A stretch of DNA of 64,000 bases, from positions 314,132-378,131 of the forward strand of contig CAZFHY010000001.1 of NCBI GenBank assembly GCA_964519305.1. Reading direction: 5' to 3'. This document shows, in pieces, positions 19,856 through 29,671 of the stretch (within the stretch, counting starts at the first letter, position 1; each line of letters opens with the position of its first letter). Origin of the DNA: Candidatus Undinarchaeota archaeon (GTDB lineage: Archaea > SpSt-1190 > JASMDC01). Position numbers and translations under genes: made by a program. The notes beneath the pieces are model-generated. The model did no database searches. It saw only the letters and a program-made list of their open reading frames with translations, and was not told where the DNA came from.

Positions 19856-20809
19856 ATGGTCATCGAGACCGCTGTCGACCGGGACCTCGAGCACGGCACC
19901 TACACCGATATGCTCGACCGGCTCGACGGTTATGACGATCCGGCCGTCCACGTCCGCACCATCGACGGCCAGCTCGGGGACAACACTCTCGTGAGCGACC
20001 TGGGAGGTTCCATCTCTTACGTAGACCTCTCCTATGCAGATAATCCTGATTCGACCATCATCATCACCGCAGGCCGGCACTCACCCGAGTACGGTGGCGT
20101 CGAGGCCGCCGTTGAGCTCGTCGAGAAGGTGCTCGCCTCCCCCGGGATGCAGGAATACCTACAGCACGGCGCGGTAACCATCGTCCCAGCGGTCAACGTG
20201 GACCAGTACTCAGTACCGGTGGACGAGCGCAAACCCGTATGGGACCCACAAGGGAACGGGATCATCCGGCGATGGAAGTGCGATGCCGACCGGAACTCCG
20301 GCCACGACACCTACCTGACCGATGGCGAGGCCCCCTCCTACGAGGGTCAGCTGAACTGGTTCGACCAGAGCGCTGTTGTGGCCATGAGCGAGCCGGGCTG
20401 CCTCCGGGAACTGCCATCGAACTTCATCACACGGGAGGCCTACGCTGTCGCCAGGCTCCTGGAGGAGAAGGCAGCGAACGGAAAGATCCTCTTCACTGCT
20501 GACCTCCACGAGACCTGCAAGCCCGGTTTCAGTTACGCCACACTGGTGTTCGATGAGAAGCTCGTCGAGACCGGGGAGGAGGCCACCGCCCGGGTGGGCG
20601 AGGTCTACCCGGTAAAAGAGACGGCTCTTATGGAGGACAGCAAGGGCACCTTCTCCGCGTTCTGCGCGGCGAAGGGGATCGACACCTACACCCTCGAGGG
20701 CTCTCCCTTCGACGGGGAGGAACCACGACCGCTGAGCGAGCGTGTGGAGCAGCAGATGCTGGCACTGGACGCACTGCTCGACAAGTACATTGGAACGGAG
20801 GCGTCCTGA
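19856..20809 (+). CDS. M14-like zinc hydrolase, paralog 3
   Basis: MVIETAVD start; AGRHSPE, DLHE, YTLEG; CTATAAA upstream. Confidence 0.75.
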   Translation: MVIETAVDRDLEHGTYTDMLDRLDGYDDPAVHVRTIDGQLGDNTLVSDLGGSISYVDLSYADNPDSTIIITAGRHSPEYGGVEAAVELVEKVLASPGMQEYLQHGAVTIVPAVNVDQYSVPVDERKPVWDPQGNGIIRRWKCDADRNSGHDTYLTDGEAPSYEGQLNWFDQSAVVAMSEPGCLRELPSNFITREAYAVARLLEEKAANGKILFTADLHETCKPGFSYATLVFDEKLVETGEEATARVGEVYPVKETALMEDSKGTFSAFCAAKGIDTYTLEGSPFDGEEPRPLSERVEQQMLALDALLDKYIGTEAS

Positions 20810-20812
20810 TTA

Positions 20813-21772
20813 GTGGTCATCGAGACGTCCGTCGATCCGGGGCTCGAGCACAACACCTACGGCCAGGTACTGGAGCGGCTCCACGGGTACACGGACCCGG
20901 CGGTCCACGTCCACACCATGGACGGATACCTCCAGGACCCTGCTCTGGTGAGCGGGTGGGGCTCGCCCATCGCATTCGTGGACCTCTCCCTCACTGAGAA
21001 CCCTGACAGCACCATCATCATCACTGCAGGTCGTCACGCCCCCGAGTACGGTGGCGCCGAGGCCGCAGTAGAGCTCATAGACAAGGTGCTCGCCTCTCCC
21101 GGGATGCGCGAGTACCTCGAGCATGGCGAGATCACCATCGTGCCCGCCGTCCACGTGGACGCGTACGGACTGCCGCCGGACCAGCGGCCGGCCATGTACA
21201 TACCTGAACCCGGTGTGTACCTCGACAAGGAGGACTTCGCCCGGTTCGACGCCGACCGGAACGACAGCCATGACACATACAGGTTCGATCCAGCGACCCC
21301 GACTTACCAGTGCGAGCTCAATTATTACGAGCAGCTCTTCGAGGACCCTGAGCTCGATCCGAACGGGATGGCCTGGCGCAGGACGTTCCCCCTCATGACC
21401 AGGGAAGCGTTCGCCGTGGCGCGACTGGTCGAGGAGAAGAAGGCCAACCGCGAGAGCGTGCTCTTCGCCGCCGACCTACACGAGACACCCCGGGAGGATT
21501 TCACCTACACAACCGTCGTGTACGAACCCGAGCTGGTGCTCGTGGCCGAGGACGCGGCCAAGCGCGTGGGCGAGAAGTACCCCACACAACCCTCGCTCCT
21601 CCACGACGACAGGTGCACGTTCACCGGGTTCTGCAACACACTGGACATCGACGCCTATACCACAGAAGGCTCGCCCTTCGACGGCAGCCGTCACAGGTCC
21701 ATGGCAGAGAGGGTGGAGCAGCAGCTTCTGTTCCTTGATGCGCTGTTCGAGCACTACCTCGAAAAGGAGTAG
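20813..21772 (+). CDS. M14-like zinc hydrolase, paralog 4
   Basis: AGRHAPE, DLHE, YTTEG; 3 nt after paralog 3. Confidence 0.75.
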   Translation: MVIETSVDPGLEHNTYGQVLERLHGYTDPAVHVHTMDGYLQDPALVSGWGSPIAFVDLSLTENPDSTIIITAGRHAPEYGGAEAAVELIDKVLASPGMREYLEHGEITIVPAVHVDAYGLPPDQRPAMYIPEPGVYLDKEDFARFDADRNDSHDTYRFDPATPTYQCELNYYEQLFEDPELDPNGMAWRRTFPLMTREAFAVARLVEEKKANRESVLFAADLHETPREDFTYTTVVYEPELVLVAEDAAKRVGEKYPTQPSLLHDDRCTFTGFCNTLDIDAYTTEGSPFDGSRHRSMAERVEQQLLFLDALFEHYLEKE

Positions 21773-21777
21773 GAACC

Positions 21778-22110
21778 CTAGCGGTTCCAGACGTACACCA
21801 GCACCGACGCCACTGCGGCCCACACCGCAACACCACCAGTCAGCGTCTGGTTGATAGTGGTCCGCGTGTGCAGATGGTACACCGTGGCCAGGTAAGCGAA
21901 GTAGGGCGCCAGCGACCACATCCCGAACACGATGACATCGCGGAACTCCTCCGGTGGGTTCGATGTGCCCACGATGTAGTGGCTCATGAGCCCGAACGTG
22001 GGGAACAGGGGGAGAAGGCCTGCCAGATAGTAGTGCTTGGTACGGGCGAGGAGGGTGATCACCACCACGAAACCGCCGCCGATGACGCCGCGGACGAGGA
22101 GCTCGTTCAT
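21778..22110 (-). CDS. GlpM-family membrane protein
   Basis: YYLAGLLPLFPTFGLMSHYIVG signature. Confidence 0.8.
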   Translation of the reverse strand: MNELLVRGVIGGGFVVVITLLARTKHYYLAGLLPLFPTFGLMSHYIVGTSNPPEEFRDVIVFGMWSLAPYFAYLATVYHLHTRTTINQTLTGGVAVWAAVASVLVYVWNR

Positions 22111-22186
22111 GACGGATGAGAGGAAGGGTGCCGGACATTTAAGGATTGGTGTGGTGGCACGAAAGGCCGTCAGGGACGTGAACATC

Positions 22187-23074
22187 ATGGTCAAGGTATG
22201 TGTCATCGGCGCGATCAACTGGGACATCAACTACTTCGTTGATCACCTGCCCGCACAGGGCGAGGAGGTGCTCGTAGAACGGAAGGACACGTGCCCCGGT
22301 GGCACCGGCGCCAACGTCGCCACCGCCGCTGCCCGGCTGATGGCAACTGGCGAGGTAGCCATGCTCGGTGGGCTGGGCCGTGATGACATCGCGCAGCGCC
22401 AGCGCACCCTCATGTCCGCGGAGGGCATCGACACAGAGGGCGTGCTCACCCTCGACGCGGAGTCGGGCCAGGCCCATATCACCATCGATGCGAACGGCGA
22501 GAACACCATCGTCACCATCATGGGTGCCAACGCGCTGGTCACGCCCGAGACACTGCACACACCTGCAGTCGAGCGGCTTCTGTGGGCTGCGGACGTCGTG
22601 GTCATCACAGATCCACCCCTCGAAGCAATATCGACCATCGTCGAGCTCGCGGGTGACGCCGTCCTCGTGTGGGACCCCGGCGTACGGATTGCCGAGGCAG
22701 GTCCATCCCTTCTGGAACGGATGGACTATCTCGTGCTCAACGAGGTCGAGGCGAAGGGGCTTGCCCCCGAGGTCCTTCAGCGGACCGCCATGATCGAGAA
22801 GCTGGGGAAGGCAGGATGTCGCTTCTCGGGCCCCGAGGGCAGCATCGAGGCCTCGGGCGTCGACCTGGGGGTCCTGGAGCTGGAAGCGGTGAACACCGTG
22901 GGGTGCGGCGATGCGTTCCTGGGAGCGTTCGCGGCGTCTATTGCCAGCGGTCTCGATGTCAATGAATCACTTGCACGAGCGAACCTTGCCGGGGCCATCA
23001 ACGCGTCCCGGGCCGAGACCCGCGGCTCACCGACACTTGCGGAGCTGGAAGAAGCTCTTGAGCGTCTCGGTTGA
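22187..23074 (+). CDS. PfkB/ribokinase-family carbohydrate kinase
   Basis: GGTGANVATAAARL, GENTI, NEVEA, NTVGCGDAF. Confidence 0.88.
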   Translation: MVKVCVIGAINWDINYFVDHLPAQGEEVLVERKDTCPGGTGANVATAAARLMATGEVAMLGGLGRDDIAQRQRTLMSAEGIDTEGVLTLDAESGQAHITIDANGENTIVTIMGANALVTPETLHTPAVERLLWAADVVVITDPPLEAISTIVELAGDAVLVWDPGVRIAEAGPSLLERMDYLVLNEVEAKGLAPEVLQRTAMIEKLGKAGCRFSGPEGSIEASGVDLGVLELEAVNTVGCGDAFLGAFAASIASGLDVNESLARANLAGAINASRAETRGSPTLAELEEALERLG

Positions 23075-23080
23075 GCCGCT

Positions 23081-23491
23081 CTATACGCCGATGCTGTCCT
23101 CTGTGAGCAGCTTGCGCTGGAACGCCGTCCGCTGTCCCATGAGGATGTACTCGGGCAACAGGTCGGGGTCCGCGCTCGGGCCGGAGACACATCCCAGCTC
23201 GTCGAAGAGCTTGGCCTGTTCGGTGCGCTCCATCCCCGTGAGGTCCTCACGAGTGTATCGCTCCACGCCGGGCACGTCATCGTAGAGGCCCTGAGCAAAG
23301 GCATCGGCCTCCAGCCTGACGATCGAGTAGATCAGGTCCCCGTTGGACAGGTCACTGGTCGGGGCGTGAGGTCCCTCGTCGCGTACCGGTAGGTCGCGGT
23401 AGACGTCCTGCAGCTCGGTGAAGGACATGGGCTCAAGCTCTGCGACGGTGTATACGTGGATACCGGGATCGGCTGCCTCGTAGGGGATCAT
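23081..23491 (-). CDS. Acidic hypothetical protein with a two-fold internal repeat
   Basis: PGIHVYTVAELEPM...DLIYSI versus PGVERYTREDLTGM...DLLPEYI; TATAAA upstream. Confidence 0.6.
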   Translation of the reverse strand: MIPYEAADPGIHVYTVAELEPMSFTELQDVYRDLPVRDEGPHAPTSDLSNGDLIYSIVRLEADAFAQGLYDDVPGVERYTREDLTGMERTEQAKLFDELGCVSGPSADPDLLPEYILMGQRTAFQRKLLTEDSIGV

Positions 23492-23539
23492 TGACGGCGA
23501 ACGGCCCGGGGGCCGCTATTTATACCTTTCCCCGGGGCG

Positions 23540-24169
23540 CTACCGGCCTTCGAACTCCTCTATCCGCCGGAACGATACCTCGATCCGATCATCGACAACG
23601 TCGTCGCTTCCAACGTACATGGTCATCCGCGCAGACTCCACGTAGGCCTGCGGATCACGTATCAGGGACATCATGATGGCCTCCATCCCCGCATCGTCCC
23701 GTGACGCTAGCGCCTCCTCGATGAGGGGGACGTACACATCTGACACGTCATCGCTCTCGAACTTGAGCTCTACTACGATCGTGTCGTCTCCATCCGTGTC
23801 CTCGAACGTGTAGCCGGTCCAGTTGGGGATGTCCCAGCCCTTGCGGAACTCGCTCTCGATGCACACAGGAGCGTCCATGACGTACCCGTCGCCATCCTCC
23901 ACGAGGTCGGCGCCGTAGATGCGGTGGGTGGTGGTGCCCTCGCCAAGGTACGAGCTCATGTCGCCCAGGGGCAGGGTGAGCGTGCTGTACGCCGGCTCCT
24001 CCACCTCGTGCTCGACAGGCTCGTCGGCACCATCCCCACCCAGAGGGACCGTTGTGATGGGGCCGAAGGAGATCATAGGATGGGTATGATAGGAGATGGC
24101 AGCGCACTCGTCGCCAGAAAGGGTCCGTGAATCGTAAAGATCGTCACCGTCGTAGAGCTCTATTTCCAT
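23540..24169 (-). CDS. Acidic hypothetical protein
   Basis: 209-aa D/E-rich ORF with own TTTAA box. Confidence 0.65.
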   Translation of the reverse strand: MEIELYDGDDLYDSRTLSGDECAAISYHTHPMISFGPITTVPLGGDGADEPVEHEVEEPAYSTLTLPLGDMSSYLGEGTTTHRIYGADLVEDGDGYVMDAPVCIESEFRKGWDIPNWTGYTFEDTDGDDTIVVELKFESDDVSDVYVPLIEEALASRDDAGMEAIMMSLIRDPQAYVESARMTMYVGSDDVVDDRIEVSFRRIEEFEGR

Positions 24170-24300
24170 GGGATTTCACCCGGGGGAGGGCATCGAGCAG
24201 GGGAGCCTGGTTAAATGTGTACGCTTCCCGAGTTGTCACCACTCCGCAGGGACATCTAAAGGAAAGGTTTAAGAACCGGACAGGGGGCCGCACGAGCACC

Positions 24301-25257
24301 GTGACGGAGTATGTCGTATCCAGCATAGATCACACCGTCCCCCAGTACATGGAGCTGCTGCACAAGCTCGAACTGGTGAACGACCAGGACTCCGTCCATA
24401 CCATCAAACCCTCTAACGCGGAAGCGTACGAGCTCGACCACGCCGAGCCCGATGACCTCGTGGCCATGTACGAGAACGTTCCCCGGGAGGACGGGCCGGT
24501 CATCATGCTGAACGGCTCGGGCACCTACCATCACCTCACCTACGGTATGTGCCGTGGGGCCATCGACAAGCAGGAGGTACCGTACACCGTTTTCCACTTC
24601 GACAAGCACGGTGACTCGCGCCCCAGCGATGGCACGATCGACTGTGGTAATTATCTTTCCAGGCTCACAAAGGACTCCCCGTACGCCACCAAGCAGGTGG
24701 TCATCGGAGCAGACTGCATGGTCGACAACGCCAAGTGGATGGACACCGAGGTGCTCGACAAGGACGCTGGTATCTACCCCTACTCGGTTGCGGAGGCACG
24801 GTACACCAAGATGGACCACGAGCCCGATGTGGACTGCGTTTCGAAGCAGTACGATCCGGCCAAGCACTGGGTTGACGTGGAATGGCATACCGTGGAGAAG
24901 GAGGGCATCGAGGGCATAGTCAACCGTGCTCTTGACAGGACCGGGACGGACGCCGTGTACATCACCGTCGACCTGGACGTCCTAAGTCCAGAGTACGCGT
25001 CCACCGACTGGTCCAACGGCAAGATGTCGCTGGACGAGCTGCTGGACGCCATCAAGCTCATCCGCGAGGAGAAGCAGGTGCTGGGTATCGATATCACCGG
25101 CACCGACCGGGGTCTCGAGGAGTCCTGCTGCCACACCTACTACTCCATCGCCGCCATCGTCAACGAGGTCACCGACGGTCCGCACGACCGCGAGTTCTTC
25201 AAGGACAATATCAGGACAGAGCGCGGGATCCTGCGCACCCTCGGGATGCTGGATTAA
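24301..25257 (+). CDS. Arginase/ureohydrolase-fold protein
   Basis: GSGTYHH, HFDKHGD, YITVDLDVL, GIDITG; GGAAAGGTTTAAG promoter upstream of GTG 24301. Confidence 0.75.
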   Translation: MTEYVVSSIDHTVPQYMELLHKLELVNDQDSVHTIKPSNAEAYELDHAEPDDLVAMYENVPREDGPVIMLNGSGTYHHLTYGMCRGAIDKQEVPYTVFHFDKHGDSRPSDGTIDCGNYLSRLTKDSPYATKQVVIGADCMVDNAKWMDTEVLDKDAGIYPYSVAEARYTKMDHEPDVDCVSKQYDPAKHWVDVEWHTVEKEGIEGIVNRALDRTGTDAVYITVDLDVLSPEYASTDWSNGKMSLDELLDAIKLIREEKQVLGIDITGTDRGLEESCCHTYYSIAAIVNEVTDGPHDREFFKDNIRTERGILRTLGMLD

Positions 25258-26141
25258 TGGCTTACGTCGATCTTGAACGGACCGACTGGGACGCCTATCT
25301 CACTCCGCTCCTCGACGGTGCCACGGACCTGGGCGACGCCATCACCGGGGAGGTCCGGGACGGTGAGACAGATGCGCTCGGGGCCTATGAGCACGTGCGC
25401 AACGAGCGGCAGGAGGCCGTCAAGGACATGCTCGAAGCGCATGGGCTCACGTACGAGGTGGAGCAGTTCTACCACGAGACGTGCGGTCCTGCTTCCAACA
25501 TCGTGGCAACGCTCCCGGGCGGGGATGCGGGCACCGTCTACATCAACGCACATTCCGACTACATCGCCGGCACGGGCGCCGAGGACAACGCCTCCGGCAT
25601 CGCCGTCGCACTGGCAGCCGTAGACCGATTGCACGGTCGCGACCTGCCCTTCACTGTCAAGCTCGCCATTTTCGACTGCGAGGAGGTGGACGCCGGCGGT
25701 TCGCGGTACCATGCGGGATCGCTGTCCAGTGGAGATCGTGAGGATATCCTTGCAGTGATCAACCTGGACTGCGTAGGCGCGGGACCTGACCTTGTCATCC
25801 CACGGGCCACTCTGGACATCGCCAACTGGGGCGGGTACACAGAGGTGGACCCCGGGCTTCACACCCGCCTAGTGGATGCAGCTCATGAAGGTGGGTACGA
25901 ACCGGTCACTGCCCGGTTCTCGACGTTCTACGCCGACCACGGCCCCTTCTGCGAGGAGGGGATGCCGGCGGCAACCATCGGTTCCGCTGTGATGCTCGAC
26001 GAGGATGATGTCGACCCCGACTTCGCGAGCGTCGTGCACTCACAGAAGGACATCGGCCCATCCCTGAACACCTCGTACCTGGACCGAGCTCTGAATGTGG
26101 TGCTGGGCACGGTAGAGGACATCGCTGCGGACGTGCAATAA
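25257..26141 (+). CDS. M28-family zinc peptidase
   Basis: NAHSD, GAEDNASG, DCEE, NLDCVG, DHGPF, HSQKD; TAATG coupling. Confidence 0.85.
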   Translation: MAYVDLERTDWDAYLTPLLDGATDLGDAITGEVRDGETDALGAYEHVRNERQEAVKDMLEAHGLTYEVEQFYHETCGPASNIVATLPGGDAGTVYINAHSDYIAGTGAEDNASGIAVALAAVDRLHGRDLPFTVKLAIFDCEEVDAGGSRYHAGSLSSGDREDILAVINLDCVGAGPDLVIPRATLDIANWGGYTEVDPGLHTRLVDAAHEGGYEPVTARFSTFYADHGPFCEEGMPAATIGSAVMLDEDDVDPDFASVVHSQKDIGPSLNTSYLDRALNVVLGTVEDIAADVQ

Positions 26142-26205
26142 TCACGCTTCTCAGTGCACATCTCCGAAAAGCAATTAATAGTCTTCAGCCTATTCAATTA
26201 CTAGG

Positions 26206-26442
26206 ATGGCCGACGAGGTGCCCGAGGAGAAGGATGTCACGTCCGAGGCAGCGGATGACGAACCGCTGGAGAACGGCAACTTCGAGCTCGCCATGGGCAC
26301 CGGGCTCGGAGCGCTTGCAGCTGGAGAGATCGCGGTCCTCGGCCTCGCCTGCCCGGCCTGCATCGTCGGTGCTCCTTTCCTTATCGGCGCCGGTGCGCTC
26401 AAGAAGATGCGACGCTGGCGGTGCGGAACCCCTACCGAGTGA
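26206..26442 (+). CDS. Small hydrophobic protein with CxxC
   Basis: Acidic N-terminus, Gly-rich hydrophobic stretch with CPAC, basic tail. Confidence 0.55.
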   Translation: MADEVPEEKDVTSEAADDEPLENGNFELAMGTGLGALAAGEIAVLGLACPACIVGAPFLIGAGALKKMRRWRCGTPTE

Positions 26443-26499
26443 TACAGATAGCCCCACGGAAAGGTATAAAACGCGGTCAGCTGGCCGTGCGACTCACTT

Positions 26500-27300
26500 A
26501 TGTACGACCTTGTCAACGAGGAGCGGCCGTCCACCATCCGTGTGGGACTCATCAGGACCTCCACCGACACCGACCGGTTCTACGTGAGGGACGACCAGCC
26601 CTACGACACGGAGCTGGTGCGGGAGTCGGAGGAGCTGATCGAGAAGTACCTGGACGCCGACGTGGACATCCTGGTGGCCCCTGAGTACACCTTCCTCGCG
26701 GACCGGCCTTTCACCACGAAGGAGAAGGACGAGCTGATGACCTCCATGGCCGAGCGCACCAAGGACCGGGACCTCCTGCTCCTGCCTGGCACCTACGTGT
26801 GGGCCGACGGCACGGACCTCCACAACACGCTGCCCATCATCTACGGCGGCGAGGTCGTCCGGGCTTACGACAAGAAGGTCGACGGGGGCGACTCGAAGAT
26901 CGCCGACAGGTACTGGCGTGAGTTCACACCGGGAACGGAGAGCGGCGTGATCCCCTACAAGGATCTGGAGCTGGGCGTCGAGGTCTGTGCCGACCACCAC
27001 CAGCGCAACGGGCGCGGTGGCGTGTCGAACCCGGGCCGCCTGCTCACCGAGGAAGGTCCCGACTCCCTGGACCTCCAGCTTATCGTCTCCTGCGGGATGT
27101 CGATCCATGATAAAGCGCTGGCCGTGCGGGAGAACGGGTACGCCCTGTGTTGCGACGGCAACGCCGGTGGTCGGACGGGCCCGTCGACGTCAGTGAATAT
27201 GAGGGTGCTGGGCGCGGACGACGAGTATCACACCCTGCCCATCGAGCCCACTGAGGTCCACGGTGACCTGTACATCTACGAGCTGCCTCTCAAAACGTGA
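26500..27300 (+). CDS. Carbon-nitrogen hydrolase (nitrilase superfamily), paralog 1
   Basis: E-K-C triad: APEY, YDKK, EVCADH. Confidence 0.75.
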   Translation: MYDLVNEERPSTIRVGLIRTSTDTDRFYVRDDQPYDTELVRESEELIEKYLDADVDILVAPEYTFLADRPFTTKEKDELMTSMAERTKDRDLLLLPGTYVWADGTDLHNTLPIIYGGEVVRAYDKKVDGGDSKIADRYWREFTPGTESGVIPYKDLELGVEVCADHHQRNGRGGVSNPGRLLTEEGPDSLDLQLIVSCGMSIHDKALAVRENGYALCCDGNAGGRTGPSTSVNMRVLGADDEYHTLPIEPTEVHGDLYIYELPLKT

Positions 27301-27382
27301 GCAATAGCCGTTTTCAGGCGTGCGCAACCCCGTCAGGGTGTACTGAACGTTTATAAGGCGACCCTGAAGCACGGCGTCTCAT

Positions 27383-28177
27383 ATGACATACGACCTTGAC
27401 ATCGATGGATCCGAGGAGCGGCCCCGGACCATCCGCGTCGGACTCATCCAGAAGGAGACATCGCACAAGGACTTCGGTCTCCCTGAGAAGGGGCCGTACG
27501 ACACGCACGGTCTATCCGTCTACGAGGGCATCATCGAGCGCGCCCTCGAGTCCGATGTCGATGTCCTGGTCGCGCCCGAGTACTTCTTCATGCCCGGCCG
27601 GCCACTCCATCCCGAGGAGAAGGACGAGCTTGTGGGCGGGATGGCCGCCCGTACAAAGGGAAAGGACCTCCTGCTCCTTCCGGGCACGTACGTCTGGCAG
27701 GACAAGGAGCACATCCACAACACGCTGCCCATTATCCACGACGGCGAGGTCGTCCGTAACTACGGGAAGCAGTTCGACGGCGGCGAGGCCGAGATCGCCA
27801 TGGCCTACGATCGCGAGTTCAAGAGCGGGAGCGAGGACGGTGCGTTCACCTACAAGGGTCTCGACATGGGCGTGGAGGTATGTGCTGACCACTACCAGAA
27901 GCACGAGTGGGGCGCGGTCCGCAATCCCGGATGTCTCCAGGGCGAGGTGGACGAGGGTCTAGACCTCCAGCTCGTGGTCTCCTGTGGCATGACCATCCAC
28001 GACCAGGCACTGGCCGTACGCGAAGGCGGGTACGCCGTGCTCTGCGACGGGTACATCCCCATGGTGCAGGTCTACCGATACGCGCCTGACGACGACGGCC
28101 TCCTTACAACCCATCGACTAGATCCGGTGGAGGTCCGCGGCCAGCTGCACATCTACGAGCTCGAGATCGACAGGTAG
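27383..28177 (+). CDS. Carbon-nitrogen hydrolase, paralog 2
   Basis: APEY, YGKQ, EVCADH; collinear with 26500. Confidence 0.75.
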   Translation: MTYDLDIDGSEERPRTIRVGLIQKETSHKDFGLPEKGPYDTHGLSVYEGIIERALESDVDVLVAPEYFFMPGRPLHPEEKDELVGGMAARTKGKDLLLLPGTYVWQDKEHIHNTLPIIHDGEVVRNYGKQFDGGEAEIAMAYDREFKSGSEDGAFTYKGLDMGVEVCADHYQKHEWGAVRNPGCLQGEVDEGLDLQLVVSCGMTIHDQALAVREGGYAVLCDGYIPMVQVYRYAPDDDGLLTTHRLDPVEVRGQLHIYELEIDR

Positions 28178-28192
28178 GTCTGTCGGGAAGGT

Positions 28193-28507
28193 TCACATAC
28201 CTAGTTCCTGCAGGTCCTCCTCCGTGAGTAGGATATCACGGATATTGCTATGTGCGTCATACTCGTGAAGAAAAGCGAGCACCCGGCCCACGTCCTCGTT
28301 ACGGATGATGAGCACGGACTTCTCCGGCCTGATAAAAGGCACGTCCTCGAGAAATCCTGCCCTGCTGTAGGTGTACTTGCCGCCATCGGGCCGGTCGGTC
28401 CATCCATAGAACTTACGGCAGAACCGGTTACGGTCCTTGGGGGGGAGGTGACCGAGCTCGTAAACCACCAGCTTTCCGGTGACCATTGATGATGAAGTGT
28501 ACGACAT
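28193..28507 (-). CDS. Small Cas2/VapD-like ferredoxin-fold protein (orphan)
   Basis: LVVYEL...RFCRKFYG...KSVLII pattern; start may be 28486. Confidence 0.5.
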   Translation of the reverse strand: MSYTSSSMVTGKLVVYELGHLPPKDRNRFCRKFYGWTDRPDGGKYTYSRAGFLEDVPFIRPEKSVLIIRNEDVGRVLAFLHEYDAHSNIRDILLTEEDLQELGM

Positions 28508-28664
28508 AGTATATGCTCTTCTGTTACGACCGATAGTAGTACCTGCCCCGCACCATTACGTTATGGTTTAGTATATAGGTGTATGACTGTTATGTTTATC
28601 ATATACTTTAAATTCCCCGGCCGCTTGGGAAGGTTCTTATATCTATGGTTCTCCCTCTGCCCCA

Positions 28665-28928
28665 ATGGTCTATGAGGGCCTGAACCAGTGGGAAAAACAG
28701 AAAGCATTGGAGAGAACCTACCGGAAGCAGGTGAGTGAGCGGATCCAGACCCAGAGCGGCGAGTCCGAGTATGTTATCAAGCGGCTCAAGACTGGGATCC
28801 AACTAATCTACTACACCCGGGAAGGCGGCAGATGGCGACCCGAAGATCGTGTTTTTATCCCCGACGAGCTCAAGGAGGAGCTGTTGGAGATGCTCTCACG
28901 CATCTGGAACGCTGATGCGAACCAGTAA
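28665..28928 (+). CDS. Small hypothetical protein
   Basis: 87-aa ORF preceded by GGAAGGTTCTTATAT. Confidence 0.55.
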   Translation: MVYEGLNQWEKQKALERTYRKQVSERIQTQSGESEYVIKRLKTGIQLIYYTREGGRWRPEDRVFIPDELKEELLEMLSRIWNADANQ

Positions 28929-29000
28929 TCAAACAAGAAACCGCACGCCGAACGCCACTCCGAGAACTCATAGGAGTGGGAGCATTTCTTCGCTGGCCCT

Positions 29001-29663
29001 CTACCCTACCAGTTTCCCGATCCGCGGCACATCCTCCGCCGTGGCGACCACGACAACGTCGTCGCCTGCCTGGATCTTCGTCTTGCCATGGGTGATGATG
29101 ACCTTCCCCTCGCGGATGACCGCCACGAACAGGAAGCCCTCGGGGAAATCCTCCTGGGCGGCCAGCTCGGACACGTTCTTCCCCGTGATGGACGAGCCCT
29201 CGGGCACCTTGACTATCAAAAGCTCCGCCGCACCTCTGGCCAGGCTGGCAACCCGGCGGACGGTGGGCTCCTCGATCTCCAGCATCATCTCGTTGTAGAG
29301 GATGTCGGCCCATCCCTCGACGTGGTGGGCGCCCGCCAGACGGAAAACCTCGTCGTAGTCGGGGTCCACGATCTTGGCGACTATCTTGGGGACCTTGTAG
29401 CGTTTGCCGATGACGCATACGGCCACGTTCTCCAGGTCTTTGGGCAGAACGGCCACAAGAGTGTCGGCACGGTCGATCCCGGCCTCCTCAAGCACGGCAG
29501 GCCGCTCGGGCGAGCCGTTGATCACCAGGGCGCCCGACTCAGCGCGCACGTCCTCGCATCGCTGGCGGTCCTCCTCGACCACGACGACGTCGTGCCCGTT
29601 CTCGGCGAGACCTTTGGCCAGCTTGCGGCCCAGAAGCCCCGCCCCGACGATGATCACGTGCAT
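29001..29663 (-). CDS. trkA: TrkA potassium uptake regulatory subunit
   Basis: IIVGAGLLG Rossmann motif plus RCK-C domain. Confidence 0.9.
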   Translation of the reverse strand: MHVIIVGAGLLGRKLAKGLAENGHDVVVVEEDRQRCEDVRAESGALVINGSPERPAVLEEAGIDRADTLVAVLPKDLENVAVCVIGKRYKVPKIVAKIVDPDYDEVFRLAGAHHVEGWADILYNEMMLEIEEPTVRRVASLARGAAELLIVKVPEGSSITGKNVSELAAQEDFPEGFLFVAVIREGKVIITHGKTKIQAGDDVVVVATAEDVPRIGKLVG

Positions 29664-29671
29664 GGTTCAGT

